Shown here: in pieces, positions 25,105-41,200 of the stretch | Numbering within the stretch: the stretch's first letter is position 1 | Layout of the letters: every line of letters starts with the position of its first letter | Notes under the pieces: model-generated | Seen by the model: only the letters and a program-made list of their open reading frames with translations | What the model was told of the DNA's origin: nothing | The model's database searches: none | Assembly (NCBI RefSeq): GCF_964204865.1 | Contig: NC_135255.1 | Span: 930,001 to 994,000 of the forward strand | Direction of reading: 5' to 3' | DNA from: Styela clava | Taxonomy: Eukaryota | DNA length: 64,000 nucleotides | Made by a program: the position numbers and the translations under genes

Positions 25105-25905
25105 TCAGAGATGCGAATATTTTGTGGCTAACAGCGTATTGCTGTATTGACAAACTCAGGCTTTATTATTATTGTGGACTATGTTTAAATTTGTAATTAA
25201 GTCCAAATATGCATAATGGACGCGGCGCTGACGAGCGATAATTAATTGGTCGTCGGCGACGCTGTATCTCGATCAAACATGGTAGCTGGAGCTAAAGTAA
25301 GACGACATTCGCACAGTATGCTTGGTCTGGTATGAAATCTGGCACGTGTTGATGTAAAACAGTGCACAAGTTGCCATTCCTCAAGTATTATCTACTTCCA
25401 TCTGTCGTTATGACATTGCTAGAAATATCGTAATATCGCAGTATCGTAAATATCTAATAGTTCTTTTAAATGTACGCGAAATATTCCACTCAGAACAATG
25501 TTCAAATTAAATTTTAATTAAAATTAAATATCGTCGTCGGTAGCTGATTCTCTATCCAATCATGCCTGGGCGTACCATAACTTAGTCGCAGCGCATGTGT
25601 GTCATCAAATTCATGGAAAACTGAACTTGCAGTCTGGGGGAAATTACGCCACACATCATCTCGAGTAATACGTAAAAGAGTGTGTTGTGCTGAACTTGAA
25701 ACAAATGACGGCGGATCAGTAAAAAAGTCAATCACGAAAAATAAATTTTCATTTCCATCCCATAATTTGGAGTGCCGCATAATCGCATTCGGCAGATTTA
25801 ATGCAGCTGAAAACAACGATTAACAAACAATCAATGTTTTTTTTTTGGTGAATCGCTCTATTTTCCCGAATCGCGTAAATCCAAGGACCAAAAGTGGCAT
25901 CCCTA
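25105..25905 (-). mobile_element. Possible old hAT remnant
   Basis: Ends cagagatgc / gcatcccta. Minus-strand pieces KYL..MATCA..ILCECRLTLAPAT resemble the dimerisation-domain motif. No TSD found. Confidence 0.3.
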
Positions 25906-26214
25906 TCTGTAGGTGGCAAGCAAAAAATTGAGTAATCGAACCTACAACTATTCTACTGTACAACGCTTTGTCTTCATTTTATCAATATATACAAGTACTA
26001 ATATTAATATTGTCTTATTTTGTTATTTTTTCTGTTAACTTGAAATATTTATGGAACTGTTGCTTAACACATTTGACTTATACTGAGGTGTGCAGACTTA
26101 CCAGCTCACTCTGTTTGGATTTTTATCTTGCAACTTACGAAACTTGTGCAAATAACAACCAATGTAACTGATGATTTAACAAGAATTTATATCCAATTTG
26201 AAACTGAAATCAAG

Positions 26215-29200
26215 ATGAGTAAGGGAGATGAAGATAAAAGGCCTGCTACAGCTTCAAAAGTTAATGTGGCCGTGCGAGTTAGACCTTTTAACAAAAGAGG
26301 TGAGGCAAAAGATTTATTATTCATGTATGTGGTGACGACTTTTTAAAGAAGGGATCTTGTGTAAATTTATTTATTATAATATAAATAGCATTCTGACAAA
26401 CAACATTACTATGGTCGTTGCCAAATTTAATCTGAGGTTTGCGAGTTCGATTTTGTGGGTTCTGTACATCGTCTCATGCTTTCACATATCATGGAGATCT
26501 GATATTGTGCATCAACCAAATTTAACTTTGTCCCAGTTCACTCTGGCTTACATCTCTTGCGTGTTTACTCTTAAGTAAGTTTCATCAATTTACAGATAGT
26601 GTATGTGACCCTGCTTTGTGCATATTCTCATAAGGAAATATTACTTTTCACATTATTTTCAGAGATTGAATTGAATTCAATTTGTGTTGTGGATATGGAA
26701 GACAATCAAACTATTCTGCTTCCTCCACCTGTTGTAGGAAAGGCACCTGATAAGTAAGCTAATAATTTTTTTATATATATATATATATGTTTTTTTCATT
26801 GCTGTTACATTACAATGAGCAAAAATCTTTGGGACTGTTCACTGTTCAAAGTTCATTCAAGTGCACAACAAATACCTCAGTTGCCTCATTGTAAATTTGG
26901 AACAATACAAATCGTATATGTTTTCCCAAGTTTATATTTTTCGTTTTTGGCATTCCCACTTCTTAACTATTATATATTGATTCCTGTATTTGCAAAATTA
27001 AGTATACCGTAGTTATTTACTATTGCAAATGTTAGCAATTTGTTGTAATTGACCTATATTTGATTGTGAACTGCATTGTCAAACTGAAATTCCAGGGTAA
27101 ACTGGAACATTTTATTAACCTTTTTAATGTTATATTTGTTATCTGGGATGTGTCACTATTCCTAATACCCTTATACAAACAAAGTTGTTTTGCTTTATAT
27201 TTATATTGTTTGTATATCTGACATGTGTTTATTTTTCACAAGAACGCCCCAATTACATGGCAAGCTAGTACAAAATTGTTAGTAGCCAACTGAGGTAGTT
27301 GTTGAGCACTTGAATGAACTTTGAACGGTGAACCATTTTGGTCTTTGTACTACAAGTGTTCGATGCTGATGTAATGTGTGTGGTTCATGAAAATAATTCA
27401 TTACATCAATATATAATTATTTGTGAACATATCATATGTAGAATTGAATAATTTTTAAATCAACAGCAGTTCTTGCAAGTCATAGCAGAATCTGTCGAAG
27501 TTTATCAGCGTAAATATTTTCATGGGAATTACCACATGGTTTTGATCAAATATTTCATTGGTAGCTGCTGCTATTGCATATAGTATATATATTGAAATAT
27601 AGTGTGTATAATGATGAAATGTTTGTTTGTAATGACTTTTCTAGAAAACTATATTAAAGTACTATGATGTGCTATTATTAAAAGAAACTGACATTCAAAT
27701 ATTCAATCATTTTTTAAATCTCAATCATACTGATACCTTATTAAAGAAGTTAATATTAATAAGAAATATCTAGTTAGAAACCTATTTATACTTTCATGGT
27801 CTCTCATTTTGCGTCATAATAATAACGACCTGAGATGCCCTTTGGGGATTATGGTCCTTTTCTTCTTAATATTGACCAACTTTATACTAGTTTAAAAGCC
27901 ATGATTTCATCAATTGTCTGGGATTGTCCCAACAAAATGCAATGTTTTACAATCAAAAAATATTATTTGCAGTCAATATTATTAATAGTTGTACATTCAA
28001 CTACAGGGCCTTTGAGGAAAAAAATTCCAACTTTAATAAATTCCTCAATATTACAGTACTGATCAGTTGCCATTTTCATATGACAGTATGTTTAATTAGT
28101 TTCACATGTTAATAACTAATTTTTTTTTGACATGGATGATTGTATAATTGTTGAAATTATTTTTAAGTTACCAGGCCTCATTATAAAAATAAAAAAATTG
28201 AAATGAGTTATTCATATGATTGATTCATATCAAAATCCAGATTAAATTAAGTACCCAAGTTTATATGGACTTGAACTTATTTTGAGTTCATTGCCTGCTA
28301 TTTTGCTGCCAGTTATTAAAGCGTTATTATTTAAATCTATTCCTTATGTTCATGTGCCAGTATGTTCTTCTTGTGTTTTAACTTTTGGACACTAAAAAAA
28401 TGTTGTTGGACACTAAAAAGCTTGTTGATGACCATAGTTTTTGTAATTCCGAGAATTTTTTTGGAAGTCTCTTTTATACAGCTGTTAAATTGCTGATTTT
28501 GTTGATTTGAACAGATTCAAATGTATTTTCAAGTTGTTGATAACTCTTGACATACCAGGAGTGTCCTTCATTTTGATATTGAAGGATTTTCTTTTTTGAG
28601 CTGTGCTGGTGACCCTGCTTCAATAAGCAAATATAGAAAGAATCTATCTATGCTGATTACCATGTACAAAATAATTGAATTTCTCCATGATCATTGCTCT
28701 ATCATTGAGCCTGGCTGGCCTATACCACTGCGTCAATATAATCATTAAATTTTTTTTTCATGTATCGTGAACAGAAAACACACCAAGGTAAGCTCAGAAT
28801 CTTGTGTTTTTTATTCTTTGAATTTCAATTAATATTACTTGACTTTGACACTAAAGTTACCATAATCTGCTAGTGCTGGTTGCCGAAAGACCATAAAGCA
28901 AAATTATGCCTAATTATCACCTTGGCCTCGTAATAGGTAATACCAGTGTTGAGTAGCATGTGTTGAATTTCAAAGGGAAAACAGCATCTAATGGTATTCT
29001 AGATCAAGTAGGCACCAAACATATATCTGCAATTAAAGTTCAATATATCTATGTTCTCACGTTGATTGACTGTGGTAACCCTTAGCAACCATAATGAAAA
29101 CTGCATTTTTAAATTTTACAACCTTACAAGCTGTGAGTTTGCTTTTCAAGTGTACTGTGGCATGTTTAATAATTCAGACAATGGCTGTGATGTAACGCTG

Positions 29201-32200
29201 TACTTATGGGCGAGAATTGAAATAATATTATTATAGCCTACCTGTTGTCGTTATATCCATATACTATACATAACATAAAATGATTGTTCCTAGTAATGTA
29301 ACGAGAAAAGTTTTGTTGATAACATTCTCTTGAATGCCCTGCTTGAATTCCGGCAAATATATTTCAAATCTATATTTTATTGAAAAACATTTCTTTATAT
29401 ATTATTTCGTTTTTGTTCTTTTCAGACTTTTGCCTTTGATCATTGTTTTTGGTCAATGGATCCATCTCAAGAAAATAAATTTGCAACACAAGAATCAGTC
29501 TTTGAGAAATTGGGATTTGATGTCTTAACAAATGTATTCACTGGATACAATGCCTGTATATTTGCCTATGGACAAACAGGTACAAAATTATTATACTGAT
29601 TGAATAATTTGAATGAAAAATTCTAGGTAAACTTGTGAAGTTGCCTACTCAATGATATTGCTGCTGCGATTCCCTCAATGTAATAGATATGTGGTTAGCT
29701 TGCATTGCAAAAAAAAACTGGAGCCTAATTATTTAAATGAAACTTTTAAACTAATTTATATTTACATCCAGGGGTAGTGACAGTTTGCAATTTTGCTAAT
29801 TATGATGCATTTTGTCATTGTGGTTTAGGGGTCTGTAGCAAATTATGTATGCCTTATTACTTATCGATTTTAATCGGTAAGTATGTTGATGGGTATTTGT
29901 CTGTCTGTTTGTTTGTCTGTTAGATGCACGCGATATCTCACGAAAGCGAGATTGAATCTGCTCCAGATTTTGCATGTGCCTTCATCATATGTCGTACCAG
30001 GAGCCTATTGATTTTGGATGAATTATGTCGTATAATTAAATTAGCGAGTTATTAATTAATTAGTGATGGGACACAAAGTGTCACTATGGAGTAAGAGCGC
30101 TGTTTTGGGGGATCCCCTAACTTTCGATCGATAAGTCTTCGGTCTCTGACCGATATTCTCGTTTTTGTTTTGTTCTAAAATTTCCTATTTTAACATTTTT
30201 TGAGTATTCTGTAGAAGCAATTGAATGCAATTTTCTATTTTTGAATAATTTTTTTCTCACTGTCTTCGCAGTTTCTACTCAATTTCTTTTTTCCATTTCC
30301 ATTGATTCATCTTTTCATCAGGTTCTGGCAAATCTTACACCATGATGGGATCACATGATCAACCAGGATTAATTCCAAGGCTCTGTTCTGAACTTTTTGA
30401 ACAAATTGTAACAAACACAAATGAACATCAGTTTTTTAAAGTTGAAGTATCATACATGGAAATTTATAATGAAAAAGTTCGAGATTTATTGGATCCTGAA
30501 GGGTGAGATTTAGTTGTACGATCCTTTATAAGTTGTGTTCCCATATTGTAAAGATTATTAACAATTTGCACGATTAGTCACAATTTATTATTTTCATCCA
30601 ATTTGCAAGTTAGGCTACTGTATAACAATAACTAACTTCTTAAGCGATGCATGATGCACAATTAAAGGGTCCATATTACCTGTCAATCCACTTCATTCAC
30701 TGTGTTATATTGAGTTATTTTCAGTGCTAAATTTTTGGCAATATTCTTGTACACATGCATCTTCAGAGACAGGTTATTTATACCGATCTATATGATTGGT
30801 CTTCATGTTCACATTATCCTTGAAATGTTGCCTTATAATTTGATGTAGACAACAGTGAACATGCATGCTTGACTAACCACAAAATTGAATAATTTTTTCT
30901 GTTTTTTACTTGCCCAGGGGAAAACGTCATTTGAAGGTTCGAGAACATAAATCATTAGGACCTTACGTAGATGGTCTGCAACAACTTGCTGTGTCAAATG
31001 CCAGTGATATCCAGGTATTTATAATTCATTGAATGGCTTTATGTGTAAAGCTGGCATTTGAAATATGCAGCATAAATTGCATACATCGGAATAAAGTATT
31101 TGATTTGAGGAAGGTGTATGTGTCTGTCTCTTGATTTTTGCTTCATTAAATGGTTATCTGTTATTTTGTTCGGTTCACTACAATATTCACCACTTCTTTG
31201 TTCAGCTTAAATGTCCCACCGTATTTCATTCGAATACAATTTATTAGGAAATTCTTATTCCATTACTGAACTATATTCTTTAAAAAATGAAATCAATAAG
31301 ATGATTGAAATTGTATTTCTATTTTGGCTAATATGTGAACTCTTTCCAGGAATTAATGTCAGAAGGTAATAAATCAAGAACTGTGGCAGCAACAAAAATG
31401 AATGCGGAATCATCTCGATCTCATGCAGTATTTACATTGATTGTCACACAAACATTAGTCGACCCTCAGTCACAGGTAACGTCAATTCAATCATGATTCA
31501 TACATTGATGTCGGAGATATGGCGGAAATATGAAACATATATTTTTACTGTATGAGATGAACTTATATAAACTTGAACGATATTGATAAACAGATATAGC
31601 TGAGATTGAATAATTGACTATATATCTTGAGTTAAGTTCAGTAGAGAACTTTCATGAATTAATATACATTATAATAGATGAACTGAAAATGCAGAAATGT
31701 TACGAAAAACATATGTAAATTTTTTTATTGTTATTAGGTATACAATGAATCCGATTTTGGCTTTTTTTCAGTTATCATGAACTCAAAATCCTAAGTTTCA
31801 AAATTAAATTGTAATTTTTTCCAAAATAATATATTTATGTTGAACTTCTTTCAAATGTATTCTAATATTCTTTTTGCCAATATCTGTACTGTGTAAAATT
31901 TCCAATTATTTCCATATTCCACTTTGAATGTACGCATTGTATAGAACATAAAACCCTTAATTTTTTACATGTTAGTTACTTCACCAGAGGTATCAACAAT
32001 TTTAAAATGTATATATTATTGTAAATCAGAAATATGAAATACATTCATGTCAAATTGTCAAACTTTCTTTTAGGTTTCTGGCGAAAGAGTCAGCAAAGTG
32101 AGTTTGGTAGATTTAGCTGGAAGTGAAAGAGCATCTAAAACTGGAGCAGAAGGAAGTCGATTAAAAGAAGGAAGTAATATTAATAAGTAAGTTTTCTATG

Positions 32201-35200
32201 AAAAGTGTAATTGGTAATTATGCTTTACCCACCCATTATGATTTTAACTGACATTTTCCCATCGGTAATCTTCACCTTTTCAATGTACGTTTTTTATTTA
32301 GATCGTTAACAACACTTGGACTCGTAATAAGTTCACTTGCTGATCAAGCCTCTGGAAAATCAAAAAATAAGTTCGTGCCATACAGAGATTCAGCATTGAC
32401 ATGGATATTGAAAGTAAGTGTGATATTTTCGAGGTTATAAGTGATTTTAAGACGCAGTCTCTATTTTAAAATAGAGCGATGATATTGTTGAATCGTGAAT
32501 ATTTGGCAATGACTCGACGCAGTTCATCTATTTCATATTCAGATTAAAATTGTTTTGTCGATAACAAGTTTAGCTGCCACTGATATTTATTATGATTTTG
32601 CTTACCTTCTTGCAGGATAATTTGGGTGGGAACAGTCGAACTGCTATGGTTGCAACAATCAGTCCATCGGCTGATAATTATGAAGAAACGTTATCAACAT
32701 TGAGGTTAGTTATAAAATTTTCTTTCTGAAATAATTTTTATGTTTTATTTATAATAACGTACTTACTTCCAAAATAACAAAATGTCTCCTGAATCTCCTC
32801 TTCTGGTATTAAGGTGTTATATTTAATAATAAACTCATTTAATTTGAAATGGAATGAGATCTTAACTGTAATTTTTCTGACTATTACTGAGTGTGATGGA
32901 GTTACATTTGAACGTCTGTGTTCCATATTATCAAGCTGTGATATCAAATTCTAGGTATGCTGATCGTGCTAAACGAATTGTCAACAAAGCAGTTGTTAAT
33001 GAGGATCCAAATGCTCGTATCATCAGAGAATTGAGGGAAGAAGTCGAAAAATTACAAAATCAACTCAAAGAATCAGAAGTGGGTGAACTTATTTCATATA
33101 TCAAGTTATCAACATATTTCAGGCTCAATTACCATGATTAAGTTTGTTGTCTGCGTGATCAAATATCGTCAGTGATTTTAGTAGAGTTTTACACATTTCA
33201 GTTTTCGGACAAGTTTATTTGATTTTACAATTTATAATGTAAAAATATTATCGTTATGAAATATTCATTTCATTGAAGTTTTGTTAATTCTATACTAAAA
33301 CTAAATGACATTGATAACAAAAATCCATAGTAAAAATTTTGGTGTTGAATATATGATATTAAAATGAATATGAGATGTATTTTTCTCTTTAAATCACATT
33401 CAATGTCATTTTTGTTGGTGGAAATGAAGTTTTTCATCGACTGTTCATGATTGTTTCAGAGCATGAGAGCCCCAGAATTGAAAGAAAAATTAGAGCAGAG
33501 TGAAAATTTAATTAAAGAAATTTCGCAAACATGGGAAGAAAAATTACGAAAAACAGAAGCTGTTCACAAGGTATTTATAATAAATAATTGTAGATAACCC
33601 GAAGACAATGAGATTCGACTTGTATCATGCTTGATTTTGTGGTCATTTTTAACTATTAAAAAATATTTTTTTAGCAACGTCAAGAAACTCTTGAAAAAAT
33701 GGGTCTTTCACTAGAAAAATCCGGGATAAAAGTCGAAAAGACAAAATGTTTTCTTGTGAATCTCAATGCTGATCCATCTCTGAATGAATTGCTTGTTTAT
33801 TACTTGAAGGTAACAAACAGTTAACTAACTTGATTGATTTCATTTTGACAGAATAAATACTGTATTACAAATTACAATATACTTCAATCAATTAAGGAAT
33901 TAAAAAAGCTGTTAATTTATTTTTATTCTATAAATTGTTGATGAAAGATTGTAAGAATTTAGTACAATTTTGTTTTTGAATATTTACATATATTAATTTG
34001 CTGGAGTAGACTGCACTTGTTGCCCCATTATCTCCTTGTATAACCTTTCAAATTGGTTTCATAAATTCAGCCTACAACAACAGTTGGTCAAAACGAAGAG
34101 AGCGATATGCAACTCAGTGGTTTAGGTATTTTGGATTTTCATTGTCATGTGGAAATAACTAACGAAGGTGGTGTTTTCATTACTCCTATGAAAGATGCAA
34201 GGTAATTGTGATTTATATTTTGGTTTTTAGTTGGGGAATCTCATTTTTGTATCAAGCTACTATGAACACCAAAATACAAAAGCCCATGCAATATTTTTTT
34301 TATTATCTAATTTTATAATTCGTAGTGCCAAGCCATGAGTTCTTATGGCATTATTATGTGATCAGTCATGTACTTGCTCTCCATACATGATACATACATA
34401 CATCATACTTAATACGATTCTGACCTTTAAACAAGAATAAGCTAATCAACTTCATAACAACTTCATGACCTGCATTAACATACAGTTATCACATCTATTT
34501 TACTTTAATACTAAACATAATTCAAATTTTCCAACGCCTTCAAGATTTCTATGTAATGTTTTGAGTGATACTAAAAATTGTTTTACTGTGACAAAAATAT
34601 CCGAATATCTTAGCTGGGAACTTATGTTTCTGAATTTTGATGTTCTTAGTTACACATGTTTCTTTATGTCATTCAAATCTATTTCAATTGCACAAGATGT
34701 ATATGTAGTATTACTATATTGTGATTATCTTATGTGTTGCTACGCCTAAATCAATCATTTTAATTTATTAATAGATTTTGAAATCAATATTATGGTGATG
34801 ATAATAAAATATTATGTGTTCATGATCAGACTGAGACTTATTAATAATTATGATAATACTCAGAAGGAGATCATAAATGCATTTAATTTATGAAATACAG
34901 ATGCAAATTTAATAAGGTCCTAAAATAATAATATCAATAATATGATATACTAATGCTTAACCTAGTGGTTTTCAATTCATTTATTATTATTTAAATAAAT
35001 TCTTATTTGAGAAGTACAACATTGCATCTATTTTTGTGGGACTTATTTTGTTGATTTATTTCAAGGAAGTAAAGGTATGGGTATGTTGAATTAGAAATAT
35101 GGGTATTTTCCTGCAATAAAACAATATTTTGATTTGGTCCAATTTTTCAGAACATGCATAAACGGTCAAATAATCAACTCAAGAACAAATTTGCGACATG

Positions 35201-38200
35201 GAGATAGAATATTGTGGGGAAACAACCATTTTTTTAGAATAAATATTCCAAGGATTCCTCGTCTTACTCTGACAAAACCTGAAAATGAACAAAAGGATAA
35301 AGAACCATCAGATGGTGACAAGATACCACCTTCAGGTAATCTGCGACTTTTAGGCGCTTCATATTTGATTTGCATCATGAGAATTCAAAGGAATTCACTG
35401 AATAAAAATCATGATAGAATTCAAATTTAAGTTTCTTGAAACAGTTGAATTTGGGGCATATGGCATGGTTTTTCTCAATTTCCTGATTTAATCTCATTGT
35501 CTGTTGTCATGTTATAAATTATTGATGTATTTTTTCAGAATCAGATATATCATTGAATGAATCTACAATAGATTATGAATTTGCACAAAGAGAGGTTTTA
35601 ATGAATCAAGTTGAAGGTTAGTCAATGATTATTTTGTGTGTGTGAGGATTTTAAGCATTGATAATACAGGCACAAACATTCCAATAAAACTAGTTCTTTT
35701 ATTCTTATAGATGTATATACGGTAGATTGTTTTGTTATATTTATAATAACACCATCTATTTTTACCCTCTTAATATTTGGATAGCAATGTATGGCATTGT
35801 TCAAATTTTGTGTTATGTAACTGAAATTTTAAATTCTGCTTCTCTTCAGCAGCTAATGAAAAATAAAATATTTCGTTGAAAAAGCCTGAATTCTATGTCT
35901 CCTGGTTGATTTTGTTAGATGTACTGTCTGTCTTGAACCAAGCCCTTGTATTTTTGTTATTTATTTATTATCTTTTGGCACTAAAGTATAAATACTAAAT
36001 ATGTAAATTTTTTCTAAATATCCAGCTCCAATTCAAGAAACTATAATGCATCTTGAAAATGAATTCAAACAACTGACTGATGAAACTAATTATTCTACAC
36101 TAGATATTGATGAAAGGAATAAATATGAAGAGGTAATGTTCACATATTTCTACACAACTCAACATGGCTACGTGTTTATCTATGACTCATTATAGGAAGT
36201 AGCCAGGTTTTTTCTATTGTTTTACAATCTTTTATTGACTTCATGTATATTTTGCAAATTTTGTATGTATTACTTTTTTTGAATTATTGTTTGAGCTATA
36301 TTTTTAAACATTAATCAGATAGTTGTAATTTTTAGTTATCAACTTTTCATGTTTTTATTAAACCTATTTATACCAAGTTTTGTGGAGTGACATGGCATGA
36401 CTTATGCTTATTAGAGATTATTAGATATCAAAATTTATTTCTAGGTAGCATTTTACATAGTTGCAAAACTATTGGGTTATGCACCTCCCTAGTACTATCC
36501 ACCAAGCATTTGTGTCTGATCTTCTTGTTATTTGAATAAGTGCTTGGGCTATGTGACAACAATAACATGAATGCAAGATGTTTATTTCAACTTTGCCTGT
36601 TTTTAGGAAATACGAGCTCTCAGACAACAGTTATTATCTCTTTCGCCTCGAGGTAGTTCAGATTCGCTCGACCCTCCTCCCGAGATACCAGAGGATGAAC
36701 AAAGGAGAAAATCACCTCTCAATGGAAACAGCACAAATAACATACCTTTGCAATATAAAGATTGGAAAAAAGAAAGGTGAAAAAATTTGCAAACAAGGAA
36801 GTTTTTCCTCTAGAAACAATAATATTGAGATTTTTCAATACACACAATGCTAAAATATTTTATTCATGAAAATGTCAGGAATAACCAGCTACACTGTGGT
36901 GTCAAGAAGTTGCAAGAAGAATTGGTCAGAGCACAAGCTGCTGTTCAGGAAGCTAATTACCTGGCTAAAGAAATGAACAAAGAAACTGAATTTCTTGTCA
37001 GTTTACAAATTCCTGCTCATAATCTAACTCCCAACAGAAAGGTAATGGTATCTGATATAATTAATGCAAAATTTGTTTTTTAAATCTTCATATTCGCTGA
37101 TGGCCGCAATACTTCTTCGAAAAGTGATAAAACAGAATGACTGATTCGTCACAATTTTTGAGAATAAAATAATATCTTGTCTTGCTGAATATTTTTGTTT
37201 CTGTCAACACTCTTTAAATGGTTCCAACATTTTCCCATTTTTAGAGAGGAACGCTACTTTGTGTACCAGCAATTCAAGTTATAAAAAATGGTAGAGATTG
37301 CCAAGTATGGTCCGTTGAAAAGTTGGAAAACAGGCTTGCTGATATGCATGATGTTTATGAGGAATATAAGGAAAATACAAATAAGGAGGTCAGTTCACAG
37401 CATAACTTACACAAAAAATAAATTGTATTAATTGATATTGTAATAATTCTTCAATTTCAAATTGGACATTGGGACTGAAAAATCTTTGCATATACTGTAC
37501 CTGTAAGGCATTGATATCAGGTTTATTTAATTATGCTTTTATGCTACAGAAAAAGTTTTTTTCTCATATTCTCATTCGGTTTTAACTTGTTAACAATATT
37601 TATACTAATTTTGTTGCAAATGAACTCGATTTTCAGGAGACAGATTCATCTGATTATGATCCATTCATCGAAACGGAAAGAAATCAATTATTGATAGGAG
37701 TTGCAAATGTATTTCTCACTTGTTTATTGCAAAACCAACCATTCAGATATCCTGTTCCAATTATTGATCAACATGGACAGGTAGTATTGGATTTGATTTT
37801 TATTTATTCTTATACTTGCGAATATTTAGCAGTTGCGAAAAATATTGTTTATAAATACAGTAAAGTATTTTTACTCTCGGTTTCAAATTATACTGCGTAC
37901 TAACCAGACAAAGGAAAGGGCAGTTTTTCACCATATGATTAAGATGTTTTACTGGAATAATGGATAAATATAAAATGAATTATAATAAATATGAATATAT
38001 CTTACTCTGTATTGCTCAGCAGAAATGCTGTAATGTCTAAACATATTCAAACCAGTCATCTTTATTAAGTTTTAAAACGTCTTTTGTAAATTAGGACTTT
38101 GGTTTCAGCTACCCCTTCTTGCAATATTAGGTAAATATGCTTTGTTGTTGAATTGAAATTTAATTTCTTTCAGTGCCATTCTTGGTTGCTATTGTCAGTT

Positions 38201-41200
38201 TTGAACAGTATAAATTTTCTAGTAACTTTTAAGTAAGTTTTAAGTTTTTCTAGTAGCGTTTAAATATCTCTAATAATAATTTGTTTCACCAGGTTGCGGG
38301 AAAACTTCTTGTTGAAATTCACAGAATATCTGGTTCAAGCAATCAGGAATCAATGACACGAACTACAGACTCAGACACAAGTGATGACAGTATATTATCT
38401 GATGTATCAAGTTCTGCAAGTAGTGGTATCGGATCTAGTCTTTGTACTGATGTAGTAGCTGGATCGCAAACAGGTGCAAATTAAACTGTTAAAGTGCTTT
38501 ATTTATTTGGTTTTCAATGTCTTAATGCCTTAGTTTTGAGATGCTTAGAATTTGTGGATGGGTCAATAGTGGAAGATTTCTTCAAAAATCACATGTGTTG
38601 TGTATGAATTCTTTCAAAAATTTTGTACCAAATCAAGATTCTCAATTATGTGACGAAATGAACTTGAAGTGAGAATATAATTTCCAAAACACAAAAGTAA
38701 AATACATTCTAACTAAATATTAAACAACATATTACTACCACAAGTTATTATTCAAGAATTTGCTCTAACAAACATTTTGTTTGGTTCAGTGAATCAACTA
38801 ACAATAGAGAATCATAACATGAATACGTCGTCTTCGTCATTATTCAATTCATCATCTTTATCATCATCTGTTCCTGTTGAGTTATCGTCCAGTTTATCCA
38901 ATCATCGATATCAACAAATGACATGCAGGTAGGATTTTTTGTTTTATTGTTTCATTCAAATTTCATTTCAAATTCTAAATTGTGACATCTTTTTACACAG
39001 AGTGACTGTTATTGAAGCTCAAGGTTTATCTTCTACTTTATCACATTTTGTACAATGTCAATATTATTTTTTGAATTGTCCCGATGTAATTCTTGTTCCA
39101 CCTGATTTAAGTCCTGAAGAATTATCACCAAAGGGCAGGTAAGTTGATACTCTCATTTATTTGTTCTACATGATGTTAGACTCGAGTGTAAGTCTGGTTA
39201 ATGTGAAAGAAGTAGCATTGTTGGAAAATGCTGTAACCAAATAGTTTGTGTTACATTCTTTAAACAACAATTTTTGAACGAGAAAGCGACTAGTGCAATC
39301 TGCAGTTCTGATGTTCAAGATTATTTTTGACTTTGTTCTTACTTCGCCGCTATGAATTGACTCTTATGTAAGGATAGCATTGTTTCAGTTTGCATAGGCT
39401 CTCTCTTTGACGTAGTTAAACGAATATTATTGTTCTACACGAATCCCAAAGGACTGTTTTGCCAATTTTGGTTCACTCTTTGAATAAATTTGTCAACTAT
39501 TGAAAAAACTAAATCCTGAAATTATATTTTACCCTAGATTCTCATTTTATTTTTAATACTCAATTTTGAAAACTATTTTTGTAAATGTGAGTTATTTCAT
39601 TGTTTGTTGTTATTCTCATTTTGTATGAATTTCTTGTGGATAAATTTGATCTTTCGCTTTAGTTTATATCTTAACTTAGTTGTTTTATATTTCATCTATC
39701 TCAACTTTTTACAGGGACTTAATTTACTATTATCTTACATTTATTTACTTTGCTAATTTAATTGCTAACCTGTTGTTAGATTTTCCAAGCATCACATAGT
39801 TCAATCTGTAGGCTCTGGATTGACAGAAAATCTAGATAGCTGATGTCTATTTGGTATAAAATCCAATCCATTTTTTCAGTCGATCGACTTTAAATATAAA
39901 GTTTCATCACACAATGCAATTCACATGTAACATCACTGAAGATCTTATTGATAACATCAATTCTGGATCATCACTCGCTATCGAAGTGTGGGGTCACAGA
40001 GATCGTTACAATAATTTGGGTTCGGACGGAGATATTCCAACTAAAATTCAAGATAAAGTTCGTTCGTCCAGCCTTTTGTCCGAGAAGCATAAATCCTTAA
40101 CTGAGAGGTTTATTGTGTTTTTGTTCACATGTCTTTTTGATGTTTTATCTAAAATATATTTGTTGGTTTAGTGAAAAGGCAAGCTATTCTATACCTGCAA
40201 GAAATTTGAATAAATTTTGTATCTTCTTGTATTGGGGTATATAAAGATGTAGAAGAATAGTATTAATAGCTTCTCTGTTCAATCTGTCTCAACTTCTCTA
40301 ATTTATCCCATATAGTTAGACGAAATCGAGAATTTTTACCCAAACTATTTAACGAATACCATTGTGAATGGTGAAAACACCTGCATTTTGGGGCCAGGCA
40401 ATCATCAGTTGAACATTATTTGCCTTGTAATTTCAAATCTTAAGGCACTGATAATACTAAAGACTTCATTAAAAATAATCAGCTAGGTTTTTAGAATTGA
40501 TGATAAATAGATAAGTTATCGGAAGCACATAGAGAATTGTTAGGGAAGAATAAAATAATTGATTTTTCAATGTTTTCCTTTATTTAGATGGAGTGAAGTA
40601 ATAAAACGAATCAAATTAGAAATTATAATTCTGGAACTTGGTGAAAATGCTGAATATGTTCCAGTTGAAATCGTTAATAAATTAGATGTGTTGAGTAAAG
40701 GTGTCTTTGAACTGAAACAAGTAAGTGATTATGTTGTTACTTGTGTTTTTTTCATTCCCTGACATACTTTCTTGCTATTCAATATAGGTCTCGAATAAAT
40801 ATGCTCTCTGTGTGAGTTGCTGAATCAGGGTTGCCTAAAACAAATAGGAAGAATTTAGAATATTTTCTTGAAAATATAATAATATAGGCTTAACTTTCGA
40901 CACTGAAATTGAAAAAATTTTTATCAAAATTATTCTGCATTGCCAAATTCAATTTCTATTAATTTACAATGATTTCTACATATTTCCTTTTTCAATTTAA
41001 AATATTCTAATTTTAAAAATATACTATAATAATAGTACAAATCTCTCTCTAGGGCCAATCAAGGCGAATTGAAGTATCTGTTGAGACTGTACAAAACTCA
41101 GGAACTTTACCTCTAATTGTCGACAGTATTGCTTCTGTGTATGCAGGGAGTGTCCAATCTGGGAGTGCAAAGGGTCAAAGGTCAGTTTCAACATTTTGAT

